The notes beneath the pieces are model-generated. The model had not been told where the DNA came from and made no database searches. It saw only the letters and a list, made by a program, of their open reading frames with translations. From NCBI GenBank assembly GCA_038247415.1, contig JBBRUX010000051.1, positions 1 to 25,443 on the forward strand: DNA of 25,443 nt, in the 5' to 3' direction. Source of the stretch: Chitinivibrionales bacterium. GTDB lineage: Bacteria; Fibrobacterota; Chitinivibrionia; Chitinivibrionales; WJKA01. A program made the position numbers and the translations under genes. Each line of letters begins with the position of its first letter. The first letter of the stretch is position 1. This document shows positions 25,408 to 25,443 of this stretch, one piece after another.

Positions 25408-25443
25408 GATCAAATATTTCTATCACGAGTAATAGGTACTTAA

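Noticed and set aside
1..25443. CRISPR arrays, tRNA/rRNA genes, IS terminal repeats, canonical Crp (TGTGA-N6-TCACA) sites
   Set aside because: None found by eye in the short intergenic regions; a covariance-model scan would be needed to exclude small ncRNAs.

Overview
This is a bacterial chromosomal window, moderately AT-rich, using the standard genetic code. It most likely comes from an FCB-superphylum organism outside Bacteroidia, plausibly Fibrobacterota/Chitinivibrionia-like. That placement is an inference from T9SS PorU/PorV genes combined with Shine-Dalgarno motifs and sigma70-type promoters. Contents in order: (1) the 5' end of an Rpn/YhgA-like nuclease gene plus gene remnants (ankyrin fragment) at 1-634; (2) a ~12 kb tightly coupled minus-strand envelope/housekeeping cluster: lipoprotein, TraF/FadL-like barrel, acpS, exported membrane-anchored protein, TPR protein, Crp-family regulator, 3xPASTA protein, TPR lipoprotein, LolB-like lipoprotein, PorV-like barrel, fmt, rsmB; (3) a divergent GT2 glycosyltransferase plus radical SAM/SPASM pair; (4) a decayed toxin-antitoxin patch with a brnT pseudogene, an intact antitoxin and a nucleotidyltransferase-fold remnant; (5) an RmlD-like SDR lacking the catalytic YxxxK; (6) ilvD-gmhA; (7) the T9SS sortase porU, a B12-type radical SAM gene and a signal-peptide-bearing WCGPC thioredoxin. 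I saw no rRNA, tRNA, CRISPR array or intact IS. Family calls come from motif recognition only; no database searches were run.
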